Positions 62,526-64,000 of a stretch of 64,000 bases of DNA are shown here, in pieces. The first letter of the stretch is position 1. Every line of letters begins with the position of its first letter. Origin of the DNA: Acidimicrobiia bacterium (GTDB lineage Bacteria > Actinomycetota > Acidimicrobiia > Spongiisociales > ZC4RG35); contig OZ242000.1 of NCBI GenBank assembly GCA_965204615.1, positions 3,223,913 through 3,287,912 on the forward strand, written 5' to 3'. A program made the translations under genes and the position numbers. The notes under the pieces were generated by a model. The model did no database searches. It was not told the origin of the DNA and worked only from the letters and a program-made list of their open reading frames with translations.

Positions 62526-64000
62526 TTAGTTGTTTTCTAGGAGGTTGACGGTGCGGTGGAGGAAGGTGACGATTTGCGCGCGGGTGACGGTTCCGTCGGG
62601 CCCGAACAGGTCTTCGCCGACTCCGGTAGTTATTCCGTTCGTGAAGGCCCAACCGATCGATCGGTCTGCATCATGTCCAGCAGGGACATCATCGAAGAAT
62701 TCAGATCCTGTGGCTGCCGTGCGGGATGACCATGCCTGTGATAGCACCGTGGTGTGATGGTAGAGGTCGTGAGTGAGTTGTTGCGGATTGGATCCGTCTC
62801 TGTTTGCGATGAACAGGTGCGTCACACCCAGGTCACTGTTATACACCATTCGGGTTCCATCCGGCGACCAGCTGACTCCCCGGGTGTTGTTGACACCAGA
62901 AGTCAACTGACGTTGGTTGGTACCGTCAGTATTCATGACAAAGACTTCCAGAAGTTCATTTCTGGAACTGTTGAAAGCGATCTGAGCACCGTCGGGCGAC
63001 CAACTCGGATACTCGTCAACATGGTTGTTGCTGGTGAGTTGACGCTCACCGGTTCCGTCAGCTTTCATGACGAAGATTTCCGGTTCCCCGCCTCGGCTAC
63101 TTTGGAAAGCGATCTGAGTACCGTCGGGCGACCAACTGGGATGGCCGCCCCTGGCGATTTGTCGTTCGCCGGTTCCGTCCGCGCCGATTAGGAAGACCTG
63201 CCACCCGCTTCCCCGTTCACTGCTGAAGGCGATCTGAGTGCCGTCCGGCGACCAGGTGGGAGACCAATCCCAGTGCGTGTTGTTGGTGAGTTGCCGCTGG
63301 TCGGTACCGTCGGCGTTCATCACAAAGATCTCGAAATCGCCGTCCCTGTCACTTTGGAAAGCGATCTGGGTGCCGTCCGGCGACCAGCTGGCTTGTATGT
63401 CAGTGTGGGTGTTGTGGGTGAGTTGCCGGACATTGGTGCCGTCGGCATTCACTATGAAGATCTCCCAATCGGAGTCGCTGTCCGGGTTACTGTGAAACGC
63501 TATGGTTCCCTCCGCTCCGGGCACCGGTGGAGCAGGGTCGTCTCGAAGGAACCTGACCATTCGGTGCAAGAAGGTAACGATCTCCGCGCGGCTAACTGTC
63601 CCGTTGAGATCGAAACCGTCGTCTCCTTCATCAGCAATGATGCCGTTGGCCACAGCCCAACCGATCGCCTCGTCAGCCCAATGCCCGGCAGGAACATCAT
63701 CGAACAGATCAGACCCCGTCGTTCCAGGTCGAGACGACGACCACGCCTGTGATAGTACAGAGTCATGGTATGTGTTGTGGGTGACCTGACGTTGGTTGGT
63801 GCCGTCCGCGTCCATCACAAACACCTCAAAGTCGCCGTCCCTGTCACTACCGAAAGCGATCTGGGTGCCGTCCGGCGACCAACCACCCGTGAAGTCTCTT
63901 GACGTGTTGTGCGTGAGCTGACGAACATCAGTCCCGTCCGCGTTCATCACAAACACCTCAAAGTCGCCGTCCCTGTCACTAGGAAAGGCGATCTGGGTGC
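62526..64000 (-). CDS. PD40 beta-propeller / SLH-domain protein, partial (N-terminus beyond window end)
   Basis: Repeated FxSDRDGDFEIFVMNADGT..RQLT units. SLH-like modules (FDDVPAGHWADEAIGWAVANGII..., FFDDVPAGHDADRSIGWAFTNGITTG...). The ORF continues to the window edge. Confidence 0.6.
   Translation of the reverse strand, partial: TQIAFPSDRDGDFEVFVMNADGTDVRQLTHNTSRDFTGGWSPDGTQIAFGSDRDGDFEVFVMDADGTNQRQVTHNTYHDSVLSQAWSSSRPGTTGSDLFDDVPAGHWADEAIGWAVANGIIADEGDDGFDLNGTVSRAEIVTFLHRMVRFLRDDPAPPVPGAEGTIAFHSNPDSDSDWEIFIVNADGTNVRQLTHNTHTDIQASWSPDGTQIAFQSDRDGDFEIFVMNADGTDQRQLTNNTHWDWSPTWSPDGTQIAFSSERGSGWQVFLIGADGTGERQIARGGHPSWSPDGTQIAFQSSRGGEPEIFVMKADGTGERQLTSNNHVDEYPSWSPDGAQIAFNSSRNELLEVFVMNTDGTNQRQLTSGVNNTRGVSWSPDGTRMVYNSDLGVTHLFIANRDGSNPQQLTHDLYHHTTVLSQAWSSRTAATGSEFFDDVPAGHDADRSIGWAFTNGITTGVGEDLFGPDGTVTRAQIVTFLHRTVNLLENN

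Overview
High-GC actinobacterial-type sequence (WhiB, F420 genes, many S-layer-homology proteins). The left third (1..~31.6 kb) is an accessory or defence region; the right half looks like core genome.

The accessory region contains, in order:
- A type I-U/I-G-like CRISPR-Cas locus: cas7/csb1, cas5-6/csb2, cas3 with C-terminal HD, a small cas8u/csb3-like gene, cas4-cas1, then cas2.
- cas2 is split by a 3.16 kb IS1182-family insertion, which itself carries a nested IS256-family element.
- A leader and a 14-repeat CRISPR array whose repeats degenerate toward the distal end.
- Three truncated copies of the 3' end of a quinone-oxidoreductase (qor) gene, each with a conserved ~100 bp downstream element. 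These split the region into cargo segments: an orphan atpC; an IS21-disrupted SLH metalloprotease; and an SLH/beta-propeller protein, two IS110 transposases and a two-gene AAA+ ATPase (COG1373-like) plus large NACHT-like STAND NTPase candidate defence operon.
- The intact qor gene ends the series.

Downstream genes: a decayed tnpB remnant; an ECF sigma factor fused to a catalytically degenerate LMW-PTP/ArsC-like domain; a group-2 sigma-70; livHMGF plus a separate LivK-like binding protein; an S-layer delta-60-repeat protein; acyl-CoA carboxylase alpha and beta subunits; birA; cofD and cofE; a GT2 membrane glycosyltransferase; pgi; whiB; tRNA-Val; a doc/antitoxin pair; and further SLH-PD40 beta-propeller proteins.

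All calls are from reading the sequence and the ORF translations by eye. No database searches were run.
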